Shown in pieces: positions 37,873 to 53,129 of a stretch of 64,000 nt of DNA; positions within the stretch are counted from its first letter, which is position 1, and the number at the start of each line of letters is the position of its first letter. The notes beneath the pieces were generated by a model. It saw nothing but the letters and a program-made list of their open reading frames with translations. It ran no database searches and was not told the origin of the DNA. The translations under genes and the position numbers were made by a program. Source of the DNA: the human T2T-CHM13v2.0 reference genome, Homo sapiens; NCBI RefSeq assembly GCF_009914755.1, contig NC_060925.1. The stretch is one strand, 5' to 3'.

Positions 37873-40222
37873 CCTATACATATTAAAAATGAATATGTGG
37901 AAACTGAAATTAAAGGATGAATACCATGTATAATCTCTCTAAAGAAAATGAGATACTTAGGTATAAATTTAACAAAACATGTACAGGAACTGTATGCTAA
38001 AAATTCCAAAATGCTGATGAGAGAAATCAAAGAAGACTCAACTAGATGGAGAGGCACACCGTATTTGTGGGTTGGGAGACTTAGCATAATGAAAACGTCA
38101 ATTATCTCCAAACTGATCTATAGGTTTATGCCATTCCTATCAAAATTCCAGTGAGGTTTTTTATAGACACAAACAAATATATTCTAAAATATATAAGGAA
38201 AAGCACCCTAGAATAGCTAAAACAATCTTGAAAAGGAAGAATAAAGTAGAAAGAACCACTCCACTTGATATTAAGTTCTACTATATAGCTATAGCAATCA
38301 CAACAGTGTGTGGTATCAGTGGAGGGACAGATAAATTGATCAACTGAACACAGTAGCGAATTCAGATGTAGACTCACAAAAATATGCCTGCATTCATCTG
38401 TTGTGTGTTGCTATAACAGAATACCACAAACTGGGTAATATATAAAGAAAATAAGTATGTTTCTTACAGTTGTAGAGTCTGGAAGTCTAAGGTGGAGGAG
38501 ATCACATTTGCTGTTCTTGCTGTCATTTCATGCTAGAAGGTGGAAGGACAAGTGGGCACAAGACTGCAAGGGGGCCAAACTCACTTGAAACAAACCCAGT
38601 CTGTGATAACTAACCCAATTTTGTGATACTGATATTAATCTATTCATGAAGGCAGAGCCCTTATGATCTAATCACCTCTTATTAGGCCCGCCTCTCAATA
38701 CTGTTACATAGAGGATTCAGTTTCCAACATTTGGACTTTGGGGGACACATTCAATCCATAGCAACACCAAACTTACTTTTGACAAGGGTGCAAACACAAT
38801 TCAATAAAAGAAAAGTAACCTCTTGCACAAATCATGCTGCAAGCCAATGGACATCCATAGACAGAAAATTTAAACCTTGGCCTAAACTTCACACCTTTCA
38901 CAAAAATTAACTCCAATTGGATTGTGAACTTATATTTAAAACATAAAGCTATAAAACTGCTTGAAAAATATAGGAGAAAATATTTGGATCTAGGACTAGA
39001 CATAAACTTATTAACCTTTACACCAAGAGTATGGCCCATAAAACAAAAACCTGACCAACTGAACCTCATCAAAACTAAAAACTTTGATCCTGCAAAGACA
39101 CTGTCAACATGTTGAAAATATTACCACAGACTGAAAGAAAATTGTTTCAAACCATATTACCAATGAAAGACTAATATTCATCACAAATTAATTATCATCA
39201 TCATAAATATATTAAGGAATATTAACACATAGATGTTCATTAACATATTAATGAATATTAATATAGAGAACTCTCAAAACTCAATAAGAAACCCAATTAG
39301 AAAATGGACAAAAGTATGAAGAGACATTTCACTAAAGGGGATATACAAGTGGCAAATAAGCATATGATAAAATATTTAACATCATAACCATTAAGAAAAA
39401 TGCAAATTAAAACCATGAAGAGGTATAATCATACATCTATTAAAAGTGCTAGAATAAGAAATAGTGACAACACCAAATGCTGATGAGGTATGGAAAAACT
39501 GGATTTCTCAAGCATTGCTGGAGGGAATGTAAATGTTGAGCTATTTTGGAAAACTGATAGTTTCTTTTAAAACTAAACATTCAACTACAATGTGGCCCAA
39601 TCATTGTACTCCTAAGCATTTATTTCAGAGAAATGCACCCTTATATTCACAAAAAGCCTGTACATAGTTGTTTATAGAAGTTTTATTTGAAATAGACAGA
39701 AACTGGAAACAACCCATATGTCTTTCAATGGGTGAATGTTTAAATAAACTGTGATACATCCAAACCATGAAATACTATTCAGCAATAGAAAAGAATGAAC
39801 TACTGTATTGATACATGCAATAACTTCGATGGATCTCCTGGAATTATGCTGAGTGAAAAAAGCTAATTCTAGTAGGTCATATACTATGTGATCCCACTTC
39901 TATGACATACTTGGAATGTCAAAATTATAGAAATGAAGAGAAGATTAGTTGTTGCCACCTGTTGGGGACAGCGTTGGAGAGATGGAAGTGGTTGTGGTTT
40001 AAAAGGCAACACAGGGAATCCTTGCAATGATGGAACTGTTCTGTATTGTTCTGTATCTTTACTATACCGATATCAAAATCCTGTTTGTGGTATCATACTA
40101 GAGTTGTGAAAGATGTTATCTTTGGGGAAAAATAGGTAAAGGGTATTTGGCATCTCTCTGTACTATTTCTTACAACTGGATGTCGGTCTATGCTTATACA
40201 AAATAAAAAGCTTAATTTTAAA
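37873..40222 (+). mobile_element. L1MD-like ORF2 3' half and 3' UTR
   Basis: ORF fragment MRYLGINLTKHVQELYAKNSKMLMREIKED. The 3' end reads TATTTCTTACAACTG...AAATAAAAAGCTTAATTTTAAAAA. Confidence 0.8.
38389..38763 (-). mobile_element. MST-family MaLR solo LTR inside L1MD
   Basis: TG...GTTGCTATAACAGAATACCACAAACTGGGTAAT...GGGGACACATTCAATCCATAGCA. Flanks ATGCC/ACACC fit a CpG-decayed ACGCC TSD. Confidence 0.8.
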
Positions 40223-40920
40223 AAGGTAGCATTGGAGGAAAAAAAAATGTTCTCCTAAAGAATATTCCAGAATTCCAGAGTTAAAGAGAGTGCATCTACG
40301 TAATGGAGAAGGGTTCAACACTGGTTCCTGAGTGCACACTAGAAAAAAACTAGATGACAATAGGCAACGTTTGGGGAGAAGATTGTGAACATATGGTTTT
40401 AAGAATTATATGTGAATTTGGTATGAATAAAATAGGATGGTAAACAAAAATATTTGGTGTACATTCTGAGAAAACAAATATGCTATCATGTACAAATACA
40501 TAAAAAAGAAAAAATGACAAGACATTTTATTGAAACAGAAAAAGAAGATATAAGAGGAAATAATAAAAAATTACTTACTGTGATTATATGAAATGCATTA
40601 GCTGAAGCTTAAAGGATAAGAAGCCAGCTAGACTGACAAAGGGACAGAAATGAAGAGGGTATATGTTCTAGTTAGAGGAATAACAAATGCAAAGCCCAGG
40701 GCTGTGACTGAATGCTTGAGGAAACGCCACTAATTGGGTGTGACTGAAGCTGAACATGAGGTGTATTTATAGAGGTTACAGAGCTTCCCAGAGCAAAGAA
40801 TTGTCTTGTAAACCATGCTAAATAGTTGGAAGTCTATCTATACTTAAAGTGGTAGGAAATTATTGGAGAAATATATATCTTCGTCTACTTGCTATCTCTT
40901 ATTCTCACCCTTCCTGCTTG

Positions 40921-40992
40921 TTTCTTTCCTTCCTTCCTCCCCTCCTCCCTCCCTCCCTCCCTCCCTCCCTCCCTTCCTTCCTTCCTTTCTTC
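40921..40992. repeat. (TTCC)n/(CTCC)n polypyrimidine tract
   Basis: Direct reading. Confidence 0.9.
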
Positions 40993-42589
40993 CATTTCCA
41001 TGCCCTCTCCCATCTTCCCCTCCTCTCTTCTTCTGCATTCTTCTCATATTATTTTCTACTATTCAGTAATACACTAAACTAGGCACCAGAAGTGCAGAAA
41101 AAAATATGGCTGCTCTAAGTGCTTACAGTCTAGTAGAAAAAAGTACACATGCAATTAGCTTATTATCTTTGGAATTTTTTTTAAATTTTGGTGACATAGA
41201 AATGAAATATATTAAGCCCTATAATGTTTCAGCCTCTGTGCTTAACATGTTGCCTGTGGTATCTCATTTTATCCTCATAGAAGGAAAAAATACATGTAAG
41301 CATATTAACATATATATAAATACTTTTTATAATTAAAACTCTGTGGAATTTTGTCCATGAGGTGTTCAAAACAGTCTAGACATCTTTCTGTTGTGAGTAC
41401 TCCACTGAAACCTTAAGGGATGCTGCAGTCCTTGACTGAATGAAATTGTCAGTTTCCATCTATTTCAAAAGTTCTATAATCAGATGGAAGTGATAGTGAA
41501 CTCTTGCACTATTCTTAGATGATTTAAATATGATATATATTTTTTGAAAATAGAAACCAATGTTTTACCACATCTTCTTATTAAAAATGCCATGCCATTC
41601 TCTCTGGTGTGGTGATGGCTATGCTCATGCCAGGACCAGCTTCCCAAAGAATCATTTTACGTGGCTTGCCTAAGTTCCGTAGGAATTTCAGAGGCTTAAG
41701 ACCTTCTTTTGTTCTGGTTTCAGTCGTTGCATAGTTGTGTTGGTCATAATTACACGGAAGTTTAAATGGGGTTAAATGCCCATATGTGTATATATTTACA
41801 TACATGTATATAAAATTGAATCATCCTATGTCCACAGCAGTCATATCTAACAAAATAATAGAATTTGAAGAAATCCAGGAGTCCTGCAAATGACTGCTGG
41901 TGCCCTGGCACATGGAATTCAGAAAGAAAAAGGCAGCGTTATTAAAGGATTCTTGAACATTTCTAGGACCAAGAAATGTTCCTTGGTGTGAAATGTCATG
42001 TTTCTGTTTCCTGAAAACTGTATCCTCAATGGGAAAATTTTGATTCATTTTGCTACAAAATGCTTTACTAAATCAGTGATATTATCTCTAAGCAAAATTC
42101 TGTTAAATTTTGGTTTATGATTAATTGATGAAAGTCAATACATCATAGAATGTATCATTAATATAGAGCAGTGAAAATTAATGTTGTAAATCTTGATACT
42201 CTAGTATAACTTTTGTCTCCACTGAAGCAAGTACCTTTATGCTTGTGGGTCTCTGTTTTCTGCTCTAAAAAATGAGGAAACTGGAAACAGTGACTTTTAA
42301 AGTGTGTTTGATGTCCCAAGAATCACTGAGTCAGGAAGAGGGTACTGTGTTCAATGGATCCCATTTTCTGAGGTCGGAGACTCTCTAGGCTCTAAAGACC
42401 AGAGCCCACTGGGTGGTCAGATGCAAAAGAAAAGTCTGATTAGTAATCCTATTCAGCCTTATGATTGTGTCATGGCTGATGAGGGGTTCATATCAGACAC
42501 AATCTCTAATTTATAAAGAAGCACCTCTAGACCACGCATTTCTGAAAATCAAATCATCCACCCTTTTACAGAAGCAGAAGCAGGAGTGG

Positions 42590-42648
42590 GAACAGAAGGA
42601 GAAGGAGAAGAAGAAAAGAAGAAGAAGAAAGAGAAGGAGAAGAGAGGA
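42590..42648. repeat. GA-rich (GAA/GGA)n tract
   Basis: Direct reading. Confidence 0.85.
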
Positions 42649-42957
42649 TTAAACAAAGGAGTGTCAAAGTTATGCTCATGCATAGTGATCATAAAGGCAG
42701 AGATTTTTTTTTTTTCATTCTATGAACTGTCTCATTTTGGAGAAGTCTTCAGAAACTACTTTGCTGTAAGAGATTGAGAAACCAGATCCCTTACACATTT
42801 GTGAGATCACCTGATCTGAAAGCATGTTTCAGCCAGGGTGGCTGCTACCTCAGAAATTCAAATATCGTGTAGACTAGAACTTTTTAAGAAAATCTGAAAG
42901 AAGCTGCCAATCAATCTAGTTTCTATAAATCCCAAAATAGAATTTCAAAAGTCTAGT

Positions 42958-43262
42958 CAGATTTTTAGGGTAGTGAAACTATTCTGTGTGATACTTTAAT
43001 GGCAGATACATAATCATTATATATTTGTCAAAACCCACAGAATGTATGACACCAAGAGTGTACCACAAAGTTAACTATGGACTTTGGGTAAAAGATGTGT
43101 CAATATAGGTTTATTAATTGTAGCAAAATTCCACTCTGGTGCAAGATGTTAATGGTAGGGAAGCTGTGTGTTGGGGCAAGGGGTTATAGGGCAATTCTAC
43201 TTTCTGCTCAGTTTTGCTGTGAACCTAAAACTGCTCTAAAAGATAAAGTTTAGTTTCTTAAA
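42958..43262 (+). mobile_element. L1MC1-3-like 3' end
   Basis: TTTTAGGGTAGTGAAACTATTCTGTGTGATAC...CAAAACCCACAGAATG...TGTGAACCTAAAACTGCTCTAAAA. Confidence 0.8.
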
Positions 43263-45581
43263 AACTCTACCATGACTTCTTCTTTATATACGAGCAAATA
43301 AAATGTTTTCACTAACTGAACAAATGCTTATAAAGCACCAACCATACATAGGTCTGTAGGCTCCATGGAGCAGGAACCAATTTCCTCAATGCTATTTCCC
43401 TGTCGTTAGAACAGTGTCAGATACAGAGAGAGCATGCATGTATTCAACTGAATGGTGAATAAATGCACGCCTACGTTCATGTATGAATACAAAGGAACTG
43501 TGATAGGTGTTTGAGATACAATGGTGAATGTGAGATCTACTTTCCACACTGTCTTGGCAGAACAGATAGAGGCAAGTTCACTTTCAGTTGTGACCAACAA
43601 CTTGAATGGAATCAGGTTGTGTGTGTTTGTGTGTGTGTGTGCACATGTGAGTACATTTGAGTGACAGATAATCATATTTAGGGCAAGAGTGCATCACAGA
43701 TGGGCTTCTAATTTTTCAGATGACATCACAGATACAAGGATTGGATGCCATGGATTAAGGAAGGCTCTCTACAGTTTAAAAATATCAAATGGAGATTACT
43801 GAGATGAAGACTAGAGTTATTCTTATAACCAAGGCAACTAAATTTCTTTCCATTATCTCTATGTGTTGGGATAACTTATATTGTTGCCCTGGAAATGAGT
43901 AATATCTGTCTAATGGTGCCAAATGGGAAAACTGTATCCAAATTAGTGCAAGAGGCCATAAAACTGTCACACTCTGCTCGAAATCATTTGTATCTATGTG
44001 ACAAATTTCCAGGAGTTAGGTCTTAGTGATGTTGAACTCTATTTAAGCAATCCCAGGTGTACAGTTCCAGTTTTAACAAGCTTATTTGCTTATGCTTCAG
44101 CTTAAAATTTCATTTAACATAATTCATAAAAAACTTTAAAACTACCAGGGTGTTAAACATTCCAGTTCTAATAGATATTCTAGCTCTAATTGAAATTAGA
44201 ACAGACTCTAGTTTCTTTATTGATGCACACAAGGAAACATTCTAGAATGTATTAATTTGTACCTTATTAAGTTCCAACTGTAAACATTACCTTACTATTC
44301 TATACTATTTTTTCTTAACAGTTCTATTATTAGCTTTATTTTTCAGCTGAGGAATCTAAGGCAAAGATTGACTCAGCTAGAAACAAACCAAGTGTCATAT
44401 CCAGAAAGAGACCCAATTTGTATTAATGTTAGAACTGACAGTCTCTTTGAAGGCAGGAAATATGACATTTTCTCCAGAGAATCCCCTCATTCCCTAGCAG
44501 CATGCTCTGAATTTAATTGACTTGAACCAAGCACCAGATAACACTATATTCTCAGAATGAAGTAAAAAATATTGACCTGGACACTCATGATAAATGATGA
44601 TAAACGAATTGCTTAGCTGAATTTCTGTAAAAGCCATAAATGCCAACCAAATAACAACTATGACTTTAAAAAATAGTTTAAATTTTTCATGTTGTTTTGA
44701 TTTAACATAAAGATCCAAGAAAATTTATCAAACCAGTGATATGAATACAAAATATAGAAACCTGGAAAAATTATAGAATTTAAGAACGAGGCCACCATAG
44801 ACATTTCCTAATGCTTGTGAGGCTTCCAAGTTCATGTCTGATTAATATTTTATCTGTTATTTAATCATTTCATCATTATTTAAATAAATTATATTTATTG
44901 AGTATTTTGGTCACCAATTAATGGTATGTAGTCAGCCACTAATGCTTGTTTGAGTTTGTCAGATGCTATGCTGACAAACTGGCAGCCTAGTTTGTTAGTG
45001 CTTATATCAGAGATGATGTGTTTGAGTCCAGCTTAAATAAAACAGCTTGTTAGTAGTAGGAAAGAAAGTTTCTATACAAAACTTTTCTTCACTTATCCAA
45101 GACCCAACTCTGAACCACTGTGGTTCATTCCTTCACTTAATACTATGTCCTAGGAACTCTTCCAGGCACTGGACATACAGCCGTGAAAAAAAAAAATTAG
45201 AGTATCTGCCTTTCCATGAAGCTCACATTTACATGGGGGGAAAACAAATAAATAAATAAGAACAAATATCTATATGATGTCAGATGATAATAAGCATTAC
45301 AAGGAAAAAAATAAAGTAGGATGGGGATCAAAGAATGACAAATACGGTCGTTTAGAAAGGGCAATAAGGAAAGTGCTATTGTGGGGAAGGTATTGGAACA
45401 GGCGTCTGGATTAAGTGAGTAAATGAGTTATGTGAATATCTGGGAAAAGAATTCTCAAGTTAGAGAATGGCAAATCAAAGGCCTTGAGGTGAGAGCTTTC
45501 TTGGCATGGTAAACGAATTGCAAAAAGGCCCAGTTTGGCAAGAGAGGAAATTGTAGAAAATGAAGTCAGAGAGAGGCCAGG

Positions 45582-46363
<782 letters not shown>

Positions 46364-46412
46364 TTATTATTTTCCAGACAAACTATACATGTGTGATAGG
46401 CAAGAGAGGAAC

Positions 46413-48689
46413 TGATATGGTGTGGCTCTGTCCCCACCCAAATCTCATCTTGAATTCCCACGTGTTGTGGGAGGGACCTGGTTGGAGGTAACTGAATCAT
46501 GGGAGCAGGTCTTTTCCATGCTATTCTCATGACAGTGAAGAAGTCTCATGAGATCTGATGGTTTTACAAAAGGGTGCTTCCCTGCACAAGCTCTCTTTTC
46601 TTATCTGCTACCATGTAAGACATGCCTTTCACCTTCTGCTATGATTGTGAGTCATCCCCAGCCATGTGGGACTGTAAATCTATTAAGCCTCTTTCTTTTA
46701 TAAATTGCCCAGTCTTGGGTATGTCTTTATCACCAGCATGAAAATAGGCTAATAAGTTGGTACCAGCATTGCTGAAAAGATACCAGAAAATGTGGAAGTG
46801 ACTTTGGAACTGGGTAACATGCAGAGAGGTTGTAACAGTTTGGAGGGCTTACAAGAACACAGGAAAATGTGGGAAAGTCTGAAACTTCCTACTGGCTTGT
46901 TGAATGGCTTTGACAAAAATGCTGATAGTGATATGAACAATAAGGTCCAGGCTGAGGTGGTCTCAGATGGAGATGAGGAACTCATTGGGAACTGGAGCAA
47001 AGGTGGATCTAGTTATGTTTCAGCAAAAAGCCTGTCAGCATTTTGTTCCTGCCCAAGAGATTTGTGAAATCTTGAACTTGAGAGAGATGATTTAGGGTAT
47101 CTGGTGGAAGAAATTGCTATGCAGCAAAGCATTCAAGATGTAACTTGGGTGTTGTTGATGGCATTCAGTTTTATAAGGGAAGAAGAGCATGAAAGTTCAG
47201 AAAATTTGTAGCCTGACAATGTGATAGAAAAGAAAATCCCATTTTCTGAGGAGAAATTCAAGCTGGCTGCAGAAATTTGTATAAGTAACCAGGAACCAGA
47301 TGTTAATCCTCAAGACAATGGGGGAAATGTCTCCAGGGCATGCCAGAGGACTTCACGGCAGCCCCTCTCATCATAGGTCTGGAGGCCTAGGAGGAAAAAG
47401 GGGTTCTGTTGGACCAGCCCCAGGGTCCTTGTGCTGTGTGTCATCTAGGGACTTGGTGTTCTACATCCTAGCTACTCCAGCCGTAACTAAAAGGGACGAA
47501 AGTACAGCTCAGACCATGGATTCAGGGGGTGCAAACACCAGGCCTTGGCAGCTTCCATGTGGTATTGAGCCTATAAGAAAACAGAAGTCAAGAATGGGGT
47601 TTGGGAACCTCCGCCTAGACTTCAGAGGTTGTATGGAAATGCCTGGATGTCCAGGAAGGAGTTTGCTTCAGGAGCAGGCTCTCATGGAGAACCTCTGCTA
47701 GGGCAGTGTGAAAGGAATATGTGGGATTGGAGCTCACACACAGAATCTCTACTGGGGAACCATCTAGTGAAGCTGTGAGAAGAGGGCTATCATCCTCCAG
47801 ACCCCAGAATGGTAGATCCACCAACAGCTTGCACTGTGTGCCTGGAAAGCTGCAGACACTCAACACCAGCCCATGAAAACAAATGGGAGGGAGACTGTAC
47901 CCTGCAAAGCCACAGAGTTGGAGCTGCCCAAGACCATGAGAACCACCTTTTGCATCAGTGTGACCTGGATGTAAGACATGGAGTCAAAGGAGATAATTTT
48001 AGAGCTTTAAGATTTGACTACCCCGTTGAATTTCAAACTTGCATGGGACCTGTAGCCTCTTCATTTTAGCCAATTTCTCCCATTTGGAATGGCTGTATTT
48101 AGCCAATGCCTGTATTTAGCCAATGCCTATACCCCATTGTATCTAGGAAGTAAATAACTTGTTTTTGATTTTACAGGCTCATAGGTGGAAGGGACTTGCC
48201 TTGTCTCAGATGAGACTTTGGACTGTGGACGTTTGAATTAATGCTGAAATGAGTTAAGACTTTGGGGGAATGTTGGGAAAGCATGGTTGGTCTTGAAATG
48301 TGAGGACATGAGATTTGGGAGGGGCCAGGGGCAGAATGATATGGTTTGGCTATGTCCCCACCCAAATATAATCTTGAATTCCCATGTGTTGTGAGAGGGA
48401 CCTGGTGGGAGGTAATTGAATCATGGGGCAGGTGTTTCCCATGCTCTTCTCATGATGGTAAATAAGCCTCATGAGATCTGATGGTTTAAAAAAATGGTAG
48501 TTTCCCTGAACAAGCTTTCTCTTTGCCTATTGCCATCCATAAGATATGACTTGCTTCTCCTTGCCTTCCACCATGATTTTGAGGCCTCCCTAGCCATGTG
48601 GAACTCTAAGTAAGTTCATTAGACTTTATTTTATAAATTGCCCAGTCTTGGGTATGTCTTTATCAGCAGCATGAAAATGGACTAGTATA
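46413..48689 (+). mobile_element. Full THE1B-like MaLR provirus: 5' LTR ~46413-46754, internal region, 3' LTR 48337-48689
   Basis: Two LTRs begin TGATATGG. THE1-int sequence. Polypurine tract GGGAGGGGCCAGGGGCAGAA. 5-bp TSD GGAAC at 46408-46412 and 48690-48694. Confidence 0.95.
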
Positions 48690-49065
48690 GGAACCAAATA
48701 ATTATTTGGCTATTCTGTAATCTTTGGGGAAATGATGGTAATGATGTTGGAATGGAGATGTAATAAGTGGTTGGATTTGGAATATATTTGTCATCATTAG
48801 AAACAGTAACAAGGAAGGTTTATGATATCCATGTTTCTCAAGATGAATTTTCTACTATTAGCTCAGACTTTTAGAGTCAAAAGGCACAAAATTGATCAGT
48901 CCCATTGCTGTACTATAGCAGAAACCATGGTGTATAATATAGAGAGAATTTATATAGAGGAGTGAATCTTAACAAGGAGAGAGAAAACCCTTTCTAGTTT
49001 ACCAACTAACAAAGCTAGCTCCCATCTACAGAGCAAAGTAGAGGGAAGCAAAACTTACCTAGTTT

Positions 49066-51114
49066 CTGTTTTTTCTAAAGCTTTTATTTTAGGTTTAAGG
49101 GTACATGTGCAGGTTTCTTATACAGGGAAACTCCTGTCACAGGGGCTTGTTGTACAGATTATTTCATCACCCAGGCACTAAGCCTGGGATCCAAAATAGT
49201 TATTTTTCCTAATCCTCTCCCTCCTCCCATCCTCCACCCTCAAGTAGAGCACAGTGTGTGTTGTTCTTCTCTTTCTGTCCATGTGTTCTCATCACTTAGA
49301 TTCCATTTGTGAGAACACGCTGTATTTGGTTTTCTATTTCTGTGTTAGTTTGCTAAGAATCATGGCCTCCAGTTCTATCCATATCCCTGTAAAGAACATG
49401 ATTTCATTCTTTTTTTAATGGCTGTATTGCATTCCAGGGTGTATATGTGCCACATTTTTTTTTATGCAGTCTACCATTGATGGTCACTTAGGTTGATTCC
49501 ATGTCTTTGCTACTGTGAATAGTGCTGCAGTGAACATACACATACATGTGTCTTTATGACAGAACAATTTATACACCTTTGGGTATACATCCAGTAATGG
49601 GATTGCTGGGTCAAATAGTAGTTTTGTTTTTAGCTCTTTGAGGAATCGCCACACTGATTTCCACAATGGTTTAACTAATTTATACTCCCACAAACTGTGT
49701 ATAAGTGTTTCCTTTTGTCCACAACCTTGCTAGCATCTGTAATTTTTGACTTTTTAATAATAGCTCTACTGACTGGTATGAGATGGTATCTCATTGTGGT
49801 TTTGATTTGCATTTCTCTAATGATCAGTGATACTGACCATTTTTTTCATATACTTGTTGGCTGCATGTATGTTTCTTTTGCAAAGTGTCTGTTCATGTCC
49901 TTTGCCCACTTTTTTAGGGAGTTGTTTGGTTTTTCTCTTGTACATTTGTTTAAGTTCCTTACAGGTACTGGATATTAGACCTTTGTCAGATGCATAGTTT
50001 GCAAATATTTTTCCAATTCTATAAGTTGTCTATTTACATTGTTGATCATTTATTTTGCTGTGCAGAAGCTCTTAAGTTTAGTTAGATAAACTAATTAATT
50101 GATTAAATTGTCAATTTTTGCTTTTGTTGTGATTGCTTTTGTCATCTTCATTATGAAATCTTCACCAGTTCCAATGTCGAGAAATGTATTGCCTAGGTTG
50201 TCTTCCAAAGTTTTTAATAGTTTTGGGTTTTACAGTTAAGTCTTTAATCCATTTTTAATTGATTTTTGTATAAAGTGTAAGGAAGGGGCCCAGTTTCAAT
50301 TTTCTGCCTATGGCTAGCCAGTTCTCCCAGGACCATATATCGTATAGGGAGTCCTTTCTCCATTGCTTGTTTTTTCAGTTTTGTCAAAGATCACATGGTC
50401 ATAGGTGTGTGGCCTTATTTCTGAGCTCTTTATTCTGTTCCATTAGTCTATGTGTCTGTTTTTGTACCAGTACCATGCTGTTTGGTTACTATGGCCCTGT
50501 AGTATAGTTTGAAGCTGGGTAACATGATGTCTCCAGTTTTGTTCTTTTTGCTTAGGGTTAGCTTGGCTATTTGGGCTCGCTCTTTATTCCATATGAGTTT
50601 TAAAATAGTTTTTTTCTAGTTCTATGAAGAATATTATTGATAGTTTGATATGACTGGCATTGAATCTGTAAGTTGTTTTGGACAGTATGGCCATTTTACT
50701 GATATTGATTCTTCCTATCCATGAGCAGGAAATGCTTTTCCCATTTGTTTTTTTCCTCTCTAATTTCTTTGAGCAGTGTTTTGTAATTCTCATTGTAGAT
50801 ATATTTCACCTCCCTGGTTATCTGTATTCCTGGTATTTTATTCCTTTTGTGGCAATTGTGAATGAAACTGTGTTCCTGATTTGGCTCTCAGCTTGGCTGT
50901 TGTTGGTGTAGAGGAATGCTAATGATTTTTGTACATTGATTTTTGTATCCTGAAATTTTACTGAAGTTGTTTATCAGCTGAAGGAGCTTTTGGGCTGAGA
51001 CTATGGGGTTTTCTAGATATAGAATCATCTCATCTGCAAACAAGGATAACCTGAATTCCTTTCTTCCTATTTGGATGTCCTTTATTTCTTTGTCTTGCCT
51101 GATTGCCTTGGCCA
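49066..51114 (-). mobile_element. 5'-truncated L1PA11-13-like element
   Basis: ORF2 fragments ([14 protein letters not shown]; PLWKSVWRFLK). TSD AAAACTTACCTAGTTT at 49050-49065 and 51115-51130. Confidence 0.93.
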
Positions 51115-52007
51115 AAAACTTACCTAGTTTCATTAATAATGAAGGCTTTTCATAAATTTGTTAGTCAATGATCTTGGCTACAAAGAAGAGGAAATGATTC
51201 TGACTTATTTAAGCTGAAAAAGAATTTATTTTAAATATATTAGATTTTTTACAGTATTTATGACAAAGCTGGAGAAATAGGCTTTTAATATTGTGCAAAA
51301 GCAAAGGAAGATAGCAGCAATAAGAACCTCAGCCAGAATCACAGCACAGAAAATTCTGGTAGAGATACTGCTGCTACTGCTGCCATTGGCCACAGGAAGC
51401 CACAGCATGTGTTATAACTGCCACTTTCACAAAGGCCAGTGCTGGATACTGGACATTTCCACTGGAGCCACGGTAATAGCCATTTTTGAAAGGATACTGC
51501 TACTTCTACTGCAACCACCATCACAATGTCCATATCTGCTTCTATCTGTTACTGGCTTCTGTCTGAATACCTATAGCATTTGCTTGGTTTAACCTAGATC
51601 AATTGCATGTTCCTGTGCTATAACAGAGTTTGGAATAAAGATTATGTAACCATTTAGGCATTTAAAATGGCTTCACCTCTCACAAAGACCAAGACTTATA
51701 CAGTGGTGAATTCACACAGCACAGGAGGAGAGATCAAATGCAAGGAAAACAAAAATATAGAAAAAAATGTAGAAAATGGCAAATATGTAAGCTAAGATCA
51801 ATAATTTTCTTCAAGAACTAGTAAGGTATCTTATGAAAGAACATTTTGTTCTAGTGCAAACCTTGACAGGAAAGTGGTGATAGTCATTACATTAAAAAAA
51901 AATAAAGAGAACCTGGAAGAAAAACAATTCAGACTGCAGATAATTCCCTGAATTGAGAATTTCTGTCAGTTCATTAAGGAGGAATCAAAAATTTGTATCT
52001 GAATCTC

Positions 52008-52381
52008 TGGTAAGAACTGAATTATAGCTCCTCAAATTTTATATGTTAAAGTCCTAACTTCCAGAAGGTTAGAATGTGACTATATTTGGAGACAGGGTCT
52101 TTAAAGAGATAATTAAGGTAAAATGGGGACATATAGGTAGTCCCAAATTCAATATGACTGGTACCCTTATAAATAAAAGAGGACTAATGCAGACAATACA
52201 GACACAGACACAGGGAGAAGATGGACACCCGCAAACCAAGGAAAGAGCTCTCGGGAGAAACCAAACCTGCTGACACCTTGATCTTGGACTTCTAGCCTCC
52301 AGAACTGGGAAGAAACAAATTTCTGTTGTTTAAGCCCCCCAGTCTGTGGTACTTTGTTATGGCAGCTCTAACAAACTAATA
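52008..52381 (+). mobile_element. MLT1A-family solo LTR
   Basis: AATGTGACTATATTTGGAGACAGGGTCTTTAAAGAG...CTGCTGACACCTTGATCTTGGACTTCTAGCCTCCAGAAC...AAACTAATA. Confidence 0.88.
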
Positions 52382-52852
52382 AAAGAAGGAATCAATAATT
52401 ATTATCAGAATCCCTTCATCTTTTACAATCTAGTCCAAAAATGGCAAATATACACCATATGAACCTTCACTCCATGTGCTCAGCTAGTTTAGATATTGAT
52501 AATAAAGAATCATATTATTTCATGTTGAACCCAATCTTGAGTTCAGATTTCTTCTCCACACAATGTTCAGGCAGCCACTGCTAATAGATAAGTGTTGGTG
52601 AGTTGGTGGAAATCCATTTTCATCTCTGTTAGTGGACCTGTTCAGTAAAATGCCTAGTTCTTCCTCAAAAAGTAGGCTCACTAATTTCTAAGTAATCGCT
52701 ATTAGATTCATGAAATCTTGAGTTAAGTAACTTCTTGATGTCATAGATATACACTAGAGTGTTGTCCATGTTGTATATATCAATAGTTTTGATTGCTCAG
52801 CAGTATTCCATTGAATGGATACACAAGTTTCTCAATCAAGAATATGAAATAA

Positions 52853-53127
52853 GGCTGGGCGCAGTGACCTTACAAATCCCAGAACTTTGGGAGGCCGAAG
52901 TAGGCAGATCACTTGAGGACAGGAGTTCAAGACCAACCTGGCCAACATGGTGAAACCCTGTCTCTACTGTAAACACAAAAATTAGCTGGGTGTGGTGGCA
53001 CATGCCTGTAATCCCAGCTAATTGGGAGGCTGAGCACAAGAATTACTTGAACCTGGGAGGCAGAGGTTTCAGTGAGCTGAGATCCCACCACTACACTCCA
53101 GCCTGGGCAACTGGGTAAGACTCTGAC
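52853..53127 (+). mobile_element. AluS/J lacking an A-tail
   Basis: Alu dimer ending GACTCTGAC. Confidence 0.92.
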
Positions 53128-53129
53128 AT

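Noticed and set aside
46749-48069. THE1 internal ORFs
   Set aside because: Broken remnants of the MaLR internal ORF, with stops and frameshifts.
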